Notes under the pieces: model-generated
Database searches by the model: none
What the model saw: only the letters and a program-made list of their open reading frames with translations
Told to the model about the DNA's origin: nothing
Shown: piece by piece, positions 26,556 to 37,138 of the stretch
Numbering within the stretch: the stretch's first letter is position 1
Layout: each line of letters opens with the position of its first letter
Translations under genes and position numbers: made by a program
Assembly (NCBI GenBank): GCA_963753125.1
Contig: CAVWAU010000004.1
Location: forward strand, 54,445-118,444
Length of the DNA stretch: 64,000 nt
Source: an uncultured Chloroflexia bacterium
Lineage (GTDB): Bacteria > Chloroflexota > Limnocylindria > QHBO01
Direction: 5' to 3'

Positions 26556-29500
26556 GTGACCCTGCGAGCCCCTGACTCGAGCCGGGACGGCGACTTCGTC
26601 CACCTCCACGTCCACTCGGAGTTCAGCCTGCTCGACGGGCTGAGCCGCATCGGTGAGATGACCCAGCGGGTCGCCGAGCAGGGGATGCCGGCGCTGGCGC
26701 TCACCGATCACGGGTCCATGTACGGCGTCATCCCGTTCTACGCCGCCGCCAGAAAGGCGGGCATCAAGCCGATCATCGGCATCGAGGCCTACGTCGCCCC
26801 TCGTGGCATGACCGACAAGGAGGGCAAGGCCGACGCCGACTACCACCACATGATCCTGCTGGCCAAGGACGACGTCGGTTATCGCAACCTCCTGGCGCTC
26901 ACGACGGCCGCGCACCTGGACGGCTACTACTACAAGCCGCGGATCGACAAGGAGCTGCTCGCGAAGCACGCGCAGGGGCTCATCGGTACGTCAGCCTGCC
27001 TCGGTGGGGAGGTGCTGAAGCGGCTGGCGCAGGGCGACGAGCAGGGAGCGGCGGAGGCCGCGGACAGCTATCGGTCCATCCTGGGCGACGGGAACTTCTA
27101 CATCGAGATCCAGGAGCACGGGATCGACGACCAGGCCCGGCTCCATCCGCAGCTGGTGGAGCTGGCGCGGCGCCAGAACATCCCGCTGCTCGCGACGAAC
27201 GACACGCACTACACGCACCCGGAGCAGTACGAGGCGCACGACCTCCTCGTCTGCATCCAGACCGCGTCGAACCTCGACACGCCCGGGCGGATGCGCTTCG
27301 AGAACAACGAGTTCTACCTCAAGCCCGCATCCGAGATGCGCCGCCTCTTCAACGGCGAGCTGCCCGAGGCCTTCGACAACACGCTGGTCATCGCCGAGCA
27401 GTGCAACGTGTCGCTCGACTTCGAGGGGCTGCGCCTGCCGCACTTCGAGGTCCCCGAAGCAGAGACCGATGCGTCCTGGCTGCGCAAGGAGTGCGAGCGC
27501 GGATTACCGGAGCGTTACCAGTCGCTTACCGATGAGATCCGCCACCGGCTCGACTACGAGCTCGGGATCATCGATCGGATGGGGTACAGCAGCTACTTCC
27601 TGATCGTGGCCGACTTCATCCGCTTCGCCCGCGAGCGGGGGATCATGACGACCTGCCGGGGGAGCGCGCCGGGCTCGATCGTCACCTACAGCCTTGGAAT
27701 CACGCCGGTCGACCCGCTCGAGTACGGCCTGCCGTTCGAGCGCTTCCTCAACCCCGACCGCGTGACGATGCCGGACATCGACATCGACTTCCAGGACAGC
27801 CGCCGCGACGAGGTCATCGAGTACGTCACGCGCAAGTACGGCGACGACCGGGTGGCGCAGATCATCACCTTCGGGACGCTCGGCGCGAAGGCGGCCATCC
27901 GCGACGTCGGCCGGGCGATGGGCCTGACCTATGCCGAGGCCGATCGCGTCGCCAAGGCGGTCCCGCTCGAGCTGAACATCTCGCTCGACCGCGCGGTCGA
28001 GACGAGTCCGCAGCTGCGCGAGCTGATGGCGGGCGACGATCGGGTCGACAAGCTCATCGGCATCGCGAAGCAGCTCGAGGGAGTGAGCAGGCACGCGTCC
28101 ACCCACGCCGCCGGGATCGTTATCTCACGCGAGCCGCTGACCGAGATCATGCCGCTCCAGCGCGCGACCGACGGCCGCACGACGATGACCCAGTTCGAGA
28201 TGCACGCCTGCGAGGCGCTCGGCCTCCTGAAGTTCGACTTCCTGGGCCTCATCAATCTCACCATCCTGGCCGATGCCATCGACCTGGTGGAGAAGCACCG
28301 AGGCGTCAGGCTGGACGTCGACACGCTGCCGCTCGACGACGCGAAGACGTTCGAGCTGCTCGGCCACGGCGACACGATGGGCGTCTTCCAGCTGGAGGGC
28401 TCCGGGATGCGCCGATACGTCCGCGAGCTCAAGCCGACCGAGGTGCGCGACCTGGCCGCCATGGTCGCCCTCTTCCGCCCGGGACCGATGGCGAACATCC
28501 CCGCCTACATCCGCCGCAAGCATGGTCTCGAGCCGGTGACCTATCTCCACGACTCGCTGGAGCCGGCGCTGAAGGACACCTACGGCATCTTCGTCTACCA
28601 GGAAGACATCATGACCGCGGCCATCGCGATGGCCGATTACACCGGCCCCGAGGCGGACAACCTCTGCTACGCGATCCGCAAGAAGAAGGAGGACGTCCTC
28701 CGCCAGCACGAGGCGAAGTTCAAGGCCGGCGCGAAGAAGAAGGGGATCCCGCCGCACATCGTCGATAAGGTCTTCGCGGAGTTCGAGCCCTTCGCCCGAT
28801 ACGGGTTCAACAAGGCCCACGCCACCTGCTACGGGCTGATCGCCTACCAGACGGCGTACCTCAAGGCGAACTACCCGATCGAGTTCATGACCGCGGTCAT
28901 GAACGGCTTCCGGGAGCGCGCCGAGAAGGTCGCCGCGGTCATCGCCGAATGCCGGCGGCTGGGGATCGAGGTCCGTCCGCCGGACGTGCAGAAGTCCCTG
29001 GCCCTCTTCGCGGTGGAGACCGATGCCTCCGGCGCCCCCGAGGCCATCCGCTTCGGGCTCGCCGCGATCAAGAACGTCGGCGAGGGCGCGGTCGATGCGA
29101 TCGTCGCCGTCCGCGACGGGGGAGGGGAGCCCGGCCCGTTCGCGTCGCTCGACGACTTCTGCCGGCGCGTCGAACTCCACGTCCTGAACCGGCGGGTGCT
29201 CGAGTCGCTGATCAAGGCCAACGCCATGGCGTCCCTCGGCAACGCGGGCGCCCTGCTCGAGGCACTGGATGCTTCGTTGGAAAACGGGGCGCGCCACCAG
29301 CGCGACGTGGCGGCGGGCCAGTCGACCCTGTTCGACCTCTTCGCGATCCCCGCGTCGAACGGCGAGACGGCATTCCTTGGCGGAGGCGAGGAGATTCCGA
29401 AGCGCGAGCGGCTGCGGTGGGAGAAGGAGCTCATCGGTCTATACCTGTCGGACCACCCGTTGAGCGAAATCGAGAAGGAGCTGCCCGAGTACGCAACCGC

Positions 29501-30260
29501 GATGGTCGTCGACCTGGCCGAGGAGGCCGATCAGACCAAGGTCACGCTGGGCGGGATCGTCGCCGGATCGAGACGAGTCATCACCCGCGCCGGCTCGACG
29601 ATGCTCGTCGCGACGCTCGAGGACCTTACCGGCACGGTCGAGGTCGTCGTCTTCCCGAAGGTCTACGAGCAGACCGCGCCGGCGTGGGCCAACGACTCGA
29701 TCGTCCTCGTCTCGGGCCGTCTCGACCGGCGCGATGAGGCTCCCCAGATCCTGTGCGAGGCCGTCTGGGCCTGGGACGATGCCGTGCGGATGGGCGTCGA
29801 GGGCTTCGGCGCCGAGCGAGACAGGCTCCTGGCGCCGCGCGGGCGGTGGGAGCGGAACGGGCGCTCATCGGTCCGTGAGCCGATCCCGGTCGAGGCGCCG
29901 TCGCCCGTCGCGATGGCGGTGGGCGCTCCGGAACCGGCCGAGGAGCCGCCGGTGCCGATCGACTCGGTGCCACTCCAGGCGGCTCCCACCGGATCGGCGG
30001 CGACCGTATCGGTTCTCCTCGGTGACGACGTCCCGAACGACCGGCTGCTCGGGGCGATCGAATCGGTCAAGGGCGCGCTGGCGGCCCGACCGGGCCCGCT
30101 GGCGGTGACCCTGTCGATCTCGGTCGCGGGCGCATCTCGCCAGGTCCGGCTGCCGGACCGAGTGGCCTGGGACGAGCGGCTCGAGGATGCGGTGCGCCGC
30201 GCGGCCGGGGTGCCGGTCAGCGTCCATCTCCAGCCGGCGATCGAGGCGCGCGGCGCCTGA
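26556..30260 (+). CDS. dnaE: DNA polymerase III subunit alpha (DnaE1)
   Basis: 1234 aa. N-terminal PHP domain (FVHLHVHSEFSLLDGL), polymerase core and C-terminal OB fold. GTG start. Confidence 0.95.
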   Translation: MTLRAPDSSRDGDFVHLHVHSEFSLLDGLSRIGEMTQRVAEQGMPALALTDHGSMYGVIPFYAAARKAGIKPIIGIEAYVAPRGMTDKEGKADADYHHMILLAKDDVGYRNLLALTTAAHLDGYYYKPRIDKELLAKHAQGLIGTSACLGGEVLKRLAQGDEQGAAEAADSYRSILGDGNFYIEIQEHGIDDQARLHPQLVELARRQNIPLLATNDTHYTHPEQYEAHDLLVCIQTASNLDTPGRMRFENNEFYLKPASEMRRLFNGELPEAFDNTLVIAEQCNVSLDFEGLRLPHFEVPEAETDASWLRKECERGLPERYQSLTDEIRHRLDYELGIIDRMGYSSYFLIVADFIRFARERGIMTTCRGSAPGSIVTYSLGITPVDPLEYGLPFERFLNPDRVTMPDIDIDFQDSRRDEVIEYVTRKYGDDRVAQIITFGTLGAKAAIRDVGRAMGLTYAEADRVAKAVPLELNISLDRAVETSPQLRELMAGDDRVDKLIGIAKQLEGVSRHASTHAAGIVISREPLTEIMPLQRATDGRTTMTQFEMHACEALGLLKFDFLGLINLTILADAIDLVEKHRGVRLDVDTLPLDDAKTFELLGHGDTMGVFQLEGSGMRRYVRELKPTEVRDLAAMVALFRPGPMANIPAYIRRKHGLEPVTYLHDSLEPALKDTYGIFVYQEDIMTAAIAMADYTGPEADNLCYAIRKKKEDVLRQHEAKFKAGAKKKGIPPHIVDKVFAEFEPFARYGFNKAHATCYGLIAYQTAYLKANYPIEFMTAVMNGFRERAEKVAAVIAECRRLGIEVRPPDVQKSLALFAVETDASGAPEAIRFGLAAIKNVGEGAVDAIVAVRDGGGEPGPFASLDDFCRRVELHVLNRRVLESLIKANAMASLGNAGALLEALDASLENGARHQRDVAAGQSTLFDLFAIPASNGETAFLGGGEEIPKRERLRWEKELIGLYLSDHPLSEIEKELPEYATAMVVDLAEEADQTKVTLGGIVAGSRRVITRAGSTMLVATLEDLTGTVEVVVFPKVYEQTAPAWANDSIVLVSGRLDRRDEAPQILCEAVWAWDDAVRMGVEGFGAERDRLLAPRGRWERNGRSSVREPIPVEAPSPVAMAVGAPEPAEEPPVPIDSVPLQAAPTGSAATVSVLLGDDVPNDRLLGAIESVKGALAARPGPLAVTLSISVAGASRQVRLPDRVAWDERLEDAVRRAAGVPVSVHLQPAIEARGA

Positions 30261-30762
30261 GGAGGGTGGCCGTGCGGCTCAGCCGCGGATCGCGTAGGAG
30301 CCTGTGCGTCTCGATCGGTTCATTCAATCGAGAGAACGGCGCCCCAAATAGCCCCGATGCGCTCTCCCCTCGATCAACTGAGCGACGTCGCCCTCTGCGC
30401 TGGCGACTGGCCATGACCCGCGACCCCCACCAGGCGAACCACGCCACGAGCGGAACGGCCTGGACGACCGCCGGCAGGCCGCGCGCACGCTGCATCTCGC
30501 GCTCGAGGATGCCGGGGCGCCACGCCTCGGCGGTCATCGCGGCGAGGGCGATCGGTCCGAACGGATGGTCGCGAACGGCCTGCACCGGGTCGAGCCGCGC
30601 GACCGAGTGCCACGAGCGGACCATGCCGCACGTCGGGCAGGGATAGCCGGTGATGCGGCGGATCGGGCAGGTCGTCGGCAGGTGCGTGACGACGGTGCGC
30701 GGCAGAAGCGCGCCAACCGCTGCCGCCAGACCGACGAGGCCCAGGCGAGATCCTGGTTTCAC
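30217..30762 (-). CDS. DUF2752 domain membrane protein
   Basis: CPIRRITGYPCPTCGMVRS is the DUF2752 CxxC motif. The 3' 44 bp overlap the convergent dnaE, and the C-terminal tail may be frameshifted. Confidence 0.6.
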   Translation of the reverse strand: MKPGSRLGLVGLAAAVGALLPRTVVTHLPTTCPIRRITGYPCPTCGMVRSWHSVARLDPVQAVRDHPFGPIALAAMTAEAWRPGILEREMQRARGLPAVVQAVPLVAWFAWWGSRVMASRQRRGRRRSVDRGESASGLFGAPFSRLNEPIETHRLLRDPRLSRTATLLRRRAPRSPAGDGR

Positions 30763-30774
30763 GCCCGTGCTTGG

Positions 30775-31122
30775 CTATCGGCGCAGAGGGCGGCCCTGGG
30801 CATCGGTCATGTTGCCGATGACGACGAGGATCAGATCGATGATCGCCCAGATTCCGCAGCCCCCGAGGGTGACCAACTTGAGGATCCCGAGCCCGGTGTA
30901 GCCGAGATAGAACCGATCGATCCCGAAGACGCCGACGAAGAACGAGAGCAGTACCGTCACCAGCCACTCCTTGTCGGAGTACAGGCCGGGCACCTCCGCG
31001 GCGCGGAACCACCGGCCCTCCGGGCCCGATGCCAGTCGCACCTGCGTGTCGGCGCGCACTTCGCCGGCCTTCACCTGCTGGAGGAGGTCGTCGACGGTGT
31101 AGGGCCCCTGCTCGGTGCCCAT
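30775..31122 (-). CDS. TM2 domain protein with N-terminal DUF4339 (GYF-like) domain
   Basis: [28 protein letters not shown] is DUF4339. [48 protein letters not shown] is TM2. Confidence 0.75.
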   Translation of the reverse strand: MGTEQGPYTVDDLLQQVKAGEVRADTQVRLASGPEGRWFRAAEVPGLYSDKEWLVTVLLSFFVGVFGIDRFYLGYTGLGILKLVTLGGCGIWAIIDLILVVIGNMTDAQGRPLRR

Positions 31123-31213
31123 GCGCTGAACGAAGAAGGTGTCGGTACCGGTTGTCACGATCGGTCCCCTCGCCTGTTCTGGTGGAGATACACAATACCC
31201 TCCAGCGCCGCGC

Positions 31214-32080
31214 CTAGGGCTCGAACTCGAGCGAGTCGAGCATCGCGACGATGTCGTCGAACAGGTCCTGGCGCTCACGCTGGAGGCCGGCGAGGTCGGC
31301 GCGGACCTCGATCCATCGGTCCGGGAAGCCCGGCGGGCTGAGCTGCCACCACGCGACGGTCTCGCGCCTCCCGGCGCGCTCGATCCGGAAGGCGGCCGGC
31401 GCGCCGCCGATCTCATCGGCGTCCAGATCCTCCGGATCGGCGATCCTCGGCGTCCCGCCCTCCCACGCGGTCATCACCACCGATCCCCCCGCGGCCGGCA
31501 TACCCTCGCCGGTCAGCGGGCACGGGTCGTCGAAGGCGGTGCAGAGCTCATCGTCGGAGACGGGGAAGGTCACGAGGTGAGCGATGACGCGGTGCGCGGG
31601 ATCCTGGCCCGGTTCGCCCGCGTTCAGCGTCCAATCGGACGGATAGGTGAAGCTGACGTCCGCGTTGTCGAAGGTATTCACCTCCTCGGGGGGCCCGGCC
31701 GAGAGCGTCAGGACCGCCACGACCAGGGCAACCACCACCAGCGCGCCGATCGCGATGCCCGCGATCCGTTGCGGCGTCTCCATCGGTGTCGGCGGTGCCG
31801 GTGGGTGAGCCACCGGGCGGCGCATCCGCGGCTCCTCGTCCATCCCCGGCGCGCGCCATGGCGACGGCTCGATGACCGTGTGCTGGCGGTCCCACGTCGC
31901 GCGACGGCTCGGGTCCGAGAGGACGTGCCATGCCTCGTTGATGCGCGACATGCGCTCGGCGGCGGGTGCGCCCGCATCGGGATGGTGCTGGCGCGCCAGC
32001 GCGCGGTAGGCGCGCGCGATCTCCCTGCGGGTGGCGCCGCGCGGCACGCCCAGCACGGCGTACGGGTCGATCTCGGTCAC
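31214..32080 (-). CDS. J-domain (DnaJ-like) membrane-anchored protein
   Basis: [31 protein letters not shown] is a J domain with HPD. It is followed by one TM helix and a C-terminal extracytoplasmic domain. Confidence 0.8.
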   Translation of the reverse strand: MTEIDPYAVLGVPRGATRREIARAYRALARQHHPDAGAPAAERMSRINEAWHVLSDPSRRATWDRQHTVIEPSPWRAPGMDEEPRMRRPVAHPPAPPTPMETPQRIAGIAIGALVVVALVVAVLTLSAGPPEEVNTFDNADVSFTYPSDWTLNAGEPGQDPAHRVIAHLVTFPVSDDELCTAFDDPCPLTGEGMPAAGGSVVMTAWEGGTPRIADPEDLDADEIGGAPAAFRIERAGRRETVAWWQLSPPGFPDRWIEVRADLAGLQRERQDLFDDIVAMLDSLEFEP

Positions 32081-32132
32081 GGTCGCGGCAGTCTACGTCC
32101 GGCCGCCACTTCGGTTGCTATCCTTCGGGCCG

Positions 32133-32609
32133 ATGATCACGAAGCGCGCCGCGAAGCCGGCCCAGCCAGGCGACCCCGGCTCGACCGTTCGCCCGGGACG
32201 CAAAGCGGCCGCCAAGACCGCGACGGTTCCTCCTGCCACCGAGGCGCCGATCGACGGCGCCCAGCTCGACGCTGCGATCCTCCGCTTCCTGCGCAAGTAC
32301 CCCAACCAGACGGTCGACCTCACGCCGCTGGCCGCCGAGCTGGGGGTGGATCCGTATCGGCTCCAACTGTCGGTGGAGGATCTCGGGCGACGGCGGATGG
32401 TGGTGGTGCCGTTCATCGAGCCGGGTACGGCGGGCGGGGCGACCCTTACGCAGGTCGGCCTGAAGTGGCTGCTCGAGCGCGAGGGCGGCAAGCCGACCGA
32501 CAAGCCCGAGGCGCTCAAGCTGGCGAGGGAGCACGTCCGGGCCGGCGACGAGGCCGCGCGCCTTCCCCGCGCCCAGGTGTACGGGCTCAAACCTCAGTCG
32601 GACCGATAG
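32133..32609 (+). CDS. hypothetical protein (possible winged-helix)
   Basis: 158 aa from an internal ATG. Basic N-terminus, then ILRFLRKYPNQTVDLTPLAAELGVDPYRLQLSVEDLGRRRMV. Confidence 0.45.
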   Translation: MITKRAAKPAQPGDPGSTVRPGRKAAAKTATVPPATEAPIDGAQLDAAILRFLRKYPNQTVDLTPLAAELGVDPYRLQLSVEDLGRRRMVVVPFIEPGTAGGATLTQVGLKWLLEREGGKPTDKPEALKLAREHVRAGDEAARLPRAQVYGLKPQSDR

Positions 32610-32667
32610 GTCCGCGGGTCCCGACCTGCCTGGTGTGGGAGATCGGTCCGCGGCGTAGCCTTTGCGC

Positions 32668-34392
32668 ATGCACCGAACCGAGTCCGCCAATGTCCTCGTG
32701 ATCGGCACGGGCGCCGCCGGATGGCGCGCCGCGATCGCCGCAACGCAATCGGGCGCAGAGGCGCTGATGCTCGGCAAGCGGCCACATCTCGACGCGCACA
32801 CCGTGCTCGCGTCCGGCGGCATCAACGCGGCGCTTGGAACGCGGGATCCGGAGGATTCCTGGGAGCAGCACTACGCCGACACGTGGCGTGAGGGCTACTT
32901 CCTCGGGAACCCCCGGATGATCGAGATCCTCGCTCGCGAGTCGCCGGCCATCGTGCGGGAGCTGGCCGACTGGGGTTGTGAGTTCGCGCGCACGCCAGAC
33001 GGCAAGCTCGACCAGCGCTTCTTCGGCGCGCACCGTTGGCGACGCACCTGCTACGCGGGCGACTACACCGGCCGCGCGATCCAGCGCACGGTGGCGGGCA
33101 GGGGTCGTGAGCTGGGCATCCGGGTCGACGAGGACCATTACGTCTCGCGACTCCTCGTCGCCGATGGCACCTGCTTCGGCGCCCTCGCCTTCGACCTCCT
33201 CACGGGCGATCGCACGGTCTACCTGGCCGATGCGGTCATCCTGGCGACGGGCGGCCACACCCGCCTCTGGCGACGTAGCTCGTCGCGTCGCGACGAGAAC
33301 TACGGCGACGGCCTGCGCCTTGCGCTCGATGCGGGTTGCCGCCTCATGGACATGGAGCTCGTCCAGTTCCATCCGACCGGCATGGTCCACCCCGAGGAGG
33401 CCGCGGGCACGCTCGTGACCGAGGCCGTTCGTGGCGAGGGTGGCATTCTCCGGAACGCGCTCGGCGAGCGCTTCATGGAGCGCTACGACCCTGATCGGCT
33501 CGAGCTGAGCTCACGCGACCGCGTATCCCTGGCGAACTACACCGAGATCGCCGAGGGACGCGGCGGGCCGCACGGCGGGGTGTTCCTTGACATCAGCGAT
33601 CGCCCCAAGGCGTACATCGCCGAGAAGCTGCCGCGGATGTACCGCCAGTTCATCGAGTGGCAGATGCTCGACATCTCGCGCGAGCCGATGGAGGTCGCGC
33701 CGACCGCCCACTACAGCATGGGCGGCATCGTCGTCGACCCCGAGACCCACGCCACCGACGTCCGCGGCCTCTACGCGGCGGGGGAGTGCGTGGGCGGGCT
33801 CCACGGCGCGAATCGGCTTGGCGGCAACTCGCTGGGTGAGGCCCTGATCTCGGGAAGGCATGCCGGTGAGGCGGCGGCCGCCTTCTCCGTCGAGCGCGAG
33901 GTCTTCAGCCGATCCCGCAGCGCGATCGGCGCGGCGCTCGACGAGCTCGATGAGCTGACCCGCCCCGGTGAGGAGCTCGGCCGGCCACTCCAGCGGCGGC
34001 TGCGGGACCTCATGTGGGAGAGGTGCGGGGTCGTCCGGAACGAGGAGGGGCTGCGCGAGGGCCTGCGCGAGCTGGCCGCCATCCGCGAGGCCGCGACGAG
34101 CGTCGACGTGCGGCCGGGTGCGGAGGGTTGGGCCGACCTGGCGCACGCCCTCGACCTGCGCGCCGGCCTCGTTGCCGCGGAGGCCACGCTGCGGAGCGCG
34201 ATCGAGCGGCGGGAGACCCGCGGCGCGCAGATCCGGACCGACTTCCCCGAGCTCGACCCGGCGTTGCAGGCCAACGTCCACGTGGACGCGCGGATGGACC
34301 CGTGGACCGTGGCCGTGCCGCCGGTGCCGGATGACCTGCGTGAGTGGGCGGATCAGCCGCTGGAGGTCGGCGCCGACCGGCTCCTCGAGTAG
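32668..34392 (+). CDS. FAD-binding flavoprotein of the L-aspartate oxidase / fumarate reductase-succinate dehydrogenase flavoprotein family
   Basis: VLVIGTGAAG is the dinucleotide-binding motif. HTVLASGGINAA, FHPTGMV and RGEGGIL are catalytic motifs, and HYSMGGIVVD...ANRLGGNSL is the C-terminal FAD motif. Confidence 0.85.
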   Translation: MHRTESANVLVIGTGAAGWRAAIAATQSGAEALMLGKRPHLDAHTVLASGGINAALGTRDPEDSWEQHYADTWREGYFLGNPRMIEILARESPAIVRELADWGCEFARTPDGKLDQRFFGAHRWRRTCYAGDYTGRAIQRTVAGRGRELGIRVDEDHYVSRLLVADGTCFGALAFDLLTGDRTVYLADAVILATGGHTRLWRRSSSRRDENYGDGLRLALDAGCRLMDMELVQFHPTGMVHPEEAAGTLVTEAVRGEGGILRNALGERFMERYDPDRLELSSRDRVSLANYTEIAEGRGGPHGGVFLDISDRPKAYIAEKLPRMYRQFIEWQMLDISREPMEVAPTAHYSMGGIVVDPETHATDVRGLYAAGECVGGLHGANRLGGNSLGEALISGRHAGEAAAAFSVEREVFSRSRSAIGAALDELDELTRPGEELGRPLQRRLRDLMWERCGVVRNEEGLREGLRELAAIREAATSVDVRPGAEGWADLAHALDLRAGLVAAEATLRSAIERRETRGAQIRTDFPELDPALQANVHVDARMDPWTVAVPPVPDDLREWADQPLEVGADRLLE

Positions 34393-34435
34393 TGCCTGCC
34401 AGTCGCCGGCGGCGAGGGCTGCCGGCTGAGGCCGG

Positions 34436-35212
34436 CTATCGGTCCAGAAAGCGCCGCAGGAAGTGCGTCGTCTCCTCGTGGCGGGGATCGTTGAGCACCT
34501 GCTCCGGCGGCCCCTGCTCGACCACCACGCCGTCCTCCATGAAGACGACGCTGTCCGCGGCCTCGCGGGCGAAGTGCAGCTCGTGCGTCACGACGATCAT
34601 CGTCGTTCCCGCATGCGCCAGGTCCTCCATCACGTGGAGGACCTCTCCGATCAGCTCCGGATCGAGCGCGGACGTCGGCTCGTCGAAGAGGAGCACCTTC
34701 GGATCCATGCACAACGCTCGCGCGATGGCGACGCGTTGCTTCTGGCCGCCGGAGAGCCGCGATGGGTACTCGTCGCGCTTCTCGGCCAAGCCGACGACTT
34801 CGAGGAAGTACTCGGCGCGCTGGACCGCGTCCCGGCGTGGCTGACGAAGCACGCGCATCGGTGCCTCGATGCAGTTTCCAAGGGCCGTCATGTGGGGGAA
34901 GAGGTTGAACTCCTGGAACAGCATCCCGGCGCGGAGGCGCATCTGACGGATCTGCTCCTGGTGCTTACGGCTGCGCGCGTGAAGCGGATCGGCTTCGAGC
35001 TTGAGCCCGTCGATCTCGACCGATCCGACCGTCGGCTCCTCGAGGAAGTTGATGCACCGCAGGAGCGTGGTCTTACCGCTGCCCGAGCGGCCGATGACCA
35101 TCACCGCCTCTTTATGCCGCACCTGAAGGTTCACGCCGCGAAGCACGTGGTTGTCCCCGAAGTACTTCTCGAGGTCCTCGATGCGGACGATGACATCCCC
35201 GTCGGTGGTCAT
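34436..35212 (-). CDS. polar amino acid ABC transporter ATP-binding protein
   Basis: 258 aa. Walker A GRSGSGKTT, signature LSGGQKQR and Walker B LLFDEPTSALD. The ATG overlaps the permease stop (ATGA). Confidence 0.9.
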   Translation of the reverse strand: MTTDGDVIVRIEDLEKYFGDNHVLRGVNLQVRHKEAVMVIGRSGSGKTTLLRCINFLEEPTVGSVEIDGLKLEADPLHARSRKHQEQIRQMRLRAGMLFQEFNLFPHMTALGNCIEAPMRVLRQPRRDAVQRAEYFLEVVGLAEKRDEYPSRLSGGQKQRVAIARALCMDPKVLLFDEPTSALDPELIGEVLHVMEDLAHAGTTMIVVTHELHFAREAADSVVFMEDGVVVEQGPPEQVLNDPRHEETTHFLRRFLDR

Positions 35213-36018
35213 CGGTCGCCGCGCGCCATCCGTCGCTCCAGTCGCTGCTGGAAGTGGCTGAAGAGGATGGTCAGGATCCAGTACACCGTCGCGGCGATGA
35301 CGAGCGCCTCGAGGCTCCGGAAATTCTGCTGGCCCACCAACCGGGCGCGGAACAAGAGCTCTTCGACGGCGAGGATCGAGACGAGCGAAGAGTCCTTGAT
35401 CATCGCGATGAACTCGTTGCCGATTGCCGGGATCACGATCCGAACCGCCTGCGGCAGGACGATTCGGCGCATCACCAGGCGCTCCGGCATGCCCAGCGCC
35501 TCCGCGGCCTCGCGCTGGCCACGCGCCACGGCCTGGATGCCGGCCCGGAAGATCTCGGTCATGTACGCGCCGTAGTTGAAGCTCAGGGCGATGATCCCTG
35601 CCGGGATGGCGGGTAAGACGATCCCGACCTGTGGCAGTGCCAGGTAGACGAATAGGATCTGCACCACCAGCGGGGTGCCGCGGGCGAGCGACACGTACAG
35701 CGACGCCAATCCATTGATGTACGGATTGGGGGACAGCCTGCCGAATGCGGCCGTGAGCGCGAGGACCGTGGCGATCGCGATTGACACCACCGAGATCAGG
35801 ACGGTGAGGCCCGCGCCGCCGATGATGAACGGCCCCCACTCGCGGATGAAGGAGGTGTCGATGTTGTTCGTGACCCACAGGCCCCCGAGGATCACGCCGA
35901 TCAGCGCGACCCATGTAATCGCGACCTTCAGGCGAAAGGCAACTCGAGCGCGCTCCTCAGCCGCGCGGACCTGGTCGCGGATCGACCGTCGGTCGGGAGT
36001 GCCCACTGCTGCAGTCAT
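35209..36018 (-). CDS. polar amino acid ABC transporter permease (HisM/GlnP-like)
   Basis: 269 aa with an EAA-like loop (...SFNYGAYMTEIFRAGIQAV...). Confidence 0.85.
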   Translation of the reverse strand: MTAAVGTPDRRSIRDQVRAAEERARVAFRLKVAITWVALIGVILGGLWVTNNIDTSFIREWGPFIIGGAGLTVLISVVSIAIATVLALTAAFGRLSPNPYINGLASLYVSLARGTPLVVQILFVYLALPQVGIVLPAIPAGIIALSFNYGAYMTEIFRAGIQAVARGQREAAEALGMPERLVMRRIVLPQAVRIVIPAIGNEFIAMIKDSSLVSILAVEELLFRARLVGQQNFRSLEALVIAATVYWILTILFSHFQQRLERRMARGDR

Positions 36019-36092
36019 GCCACTGTCCTTCTCAATAGTTGAGGGCGAGGACGCTCGGCGTCCTCGCCCTCATGGTGTCCTCCCGCGGTGGT

Positions 36093-37013
36093 TCAGCCGC
36101 CGGATGGATCCTGCGTGAGGTCCTCGTCGAACCACTCCTCGCTGAGCTCGGTCAGGGTCCCATCTGCGTGCATCTCGCCGATGATCCTGTCGATCTCGTA
36201 CAGGAGCGCGGCGTGCTCGGGCCCGGCCTTGTCGACCGCCACAGCCAGGTTCTCCTGGTAGAGGGGATCACTGATGCGCACAACGGGCTGACCCTCTTCG
36301 GTTGCGGCATCGATGACCGTGCCGGAGGTGATGAAGAGGTCAAATTCCTCCCGGCCGGCGGCGATCTCCTCGATGCAGTTCGCGTCGACCGGTCGGGTCA
36401 CGGGCTCCGCGCCCTCGGGAAGGTCGAAGGGGACGTCCTCGACGGACGTCAGGCCGGATCGCGTGCTGGCGCCGATGTCGGCGGGCGTGTAGTAGTACGG
36501 CTGCGTGAAGCTGAACAGCTCCTTCCGGTCCGTGGTGATCGTCATCGATCCCACGCTGATGTCCCAGCGCTCGGACCAGCTTCCCGCCGTGATGATCTCC
36601 CAGTCCTGATGCTGGAACTCGGGCTCGACGCCGAGCCGGGTTGCGATCTCGGTGCCGACGTCGATATCGAATCCGACCCACGAGCCGTCCGGTTCGCGGA
36701 ACGACTGCGGCTTATAGTTGGCCTCGGTCGAGATCCGCAGGACGCCACTCTCCATGACCGTCTCGAGGAGGTCTCCCGCGGTGTCGGCCGGTTCCTCGAT
36801 CGGGTCCTGGACGTCCGGCTGAAGGTCTCCGTTCAGCCAATCGAGGTATGTGGTCGCCTCGCCCACGCAGACGACGGCTGGAATGTCAGCTGCCGCACCG
36901 CCGTCCGTGGCGCCGGCGCTCTCGTCAGGGCTCTCGCCGCTGTCTGCGGGCTGACACCCTGCTAGCACAAGGATCGCGACCGGCAGGATCGCGAAGCGTC
37001 GGTAGTTCTTCAC
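36093..37013 (-). CDS. amino acid ABC transporter substrate-binding lipoprotein
   Basis: Start inferred at the GTG (VKNYRRFAILPVAILVLAGC, lipobox LAGC), followed by an SBP_bac_3-like domain. The upstream 39 codons of the ORF are likely non-coding. Confidence 0.75.
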   Translation of the reverse strand: MKNYRRFAILPVAILVLAGCQPADSGESPDESAGATDGGAAADIPAVVCVGEATTYLDWLNGDLQPDVQDPIEEPADTAGDLLETVMESGVLRISTEANYKPQSFREPDGSWVGFDIDVGTEIATRLGVEPEFQHQDWEIITAGSWSERWDISVGSMTITTDRKELFSFTQPYYYTPADIGASTRSGLTSVEDVPFDLPEGAEPVTRPVDANCIEEIAAGREEFDLFITSGTVIDAATEEGQPVVRISDPLYQENLAVAVDKAGPEHAALLYEIDRIIGEMHADGTLTELSEEWFDEDLTQDPSGG

Positions 37014-37138
37014 GAAGCGTCTCCTCAAATGCAGTGACTCGCCGCCCCTCCGCAGCGTCAGTCGTTCCCGGTCGGCACGTTGTAGCACTCGTCCGGCGCC
37101 GCGGCAAGGCGCGCTGGTGCATCGGTACACTTTCGCGC

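Noticed and set aside
36848-37138. The N-terminal 97 codons of the 463-aa ORF containing the Rieske oxygenase, and the first 39 codons of the substrate-binding-protein ORF.
   Set aside because: Both extensions overlap each other on opposite strands and are Arg-rich junk. The internal ATG at 37139 and the GTG before the lipoprotein signal (VKNYRRF...LAGC) give family-typical N-termini.
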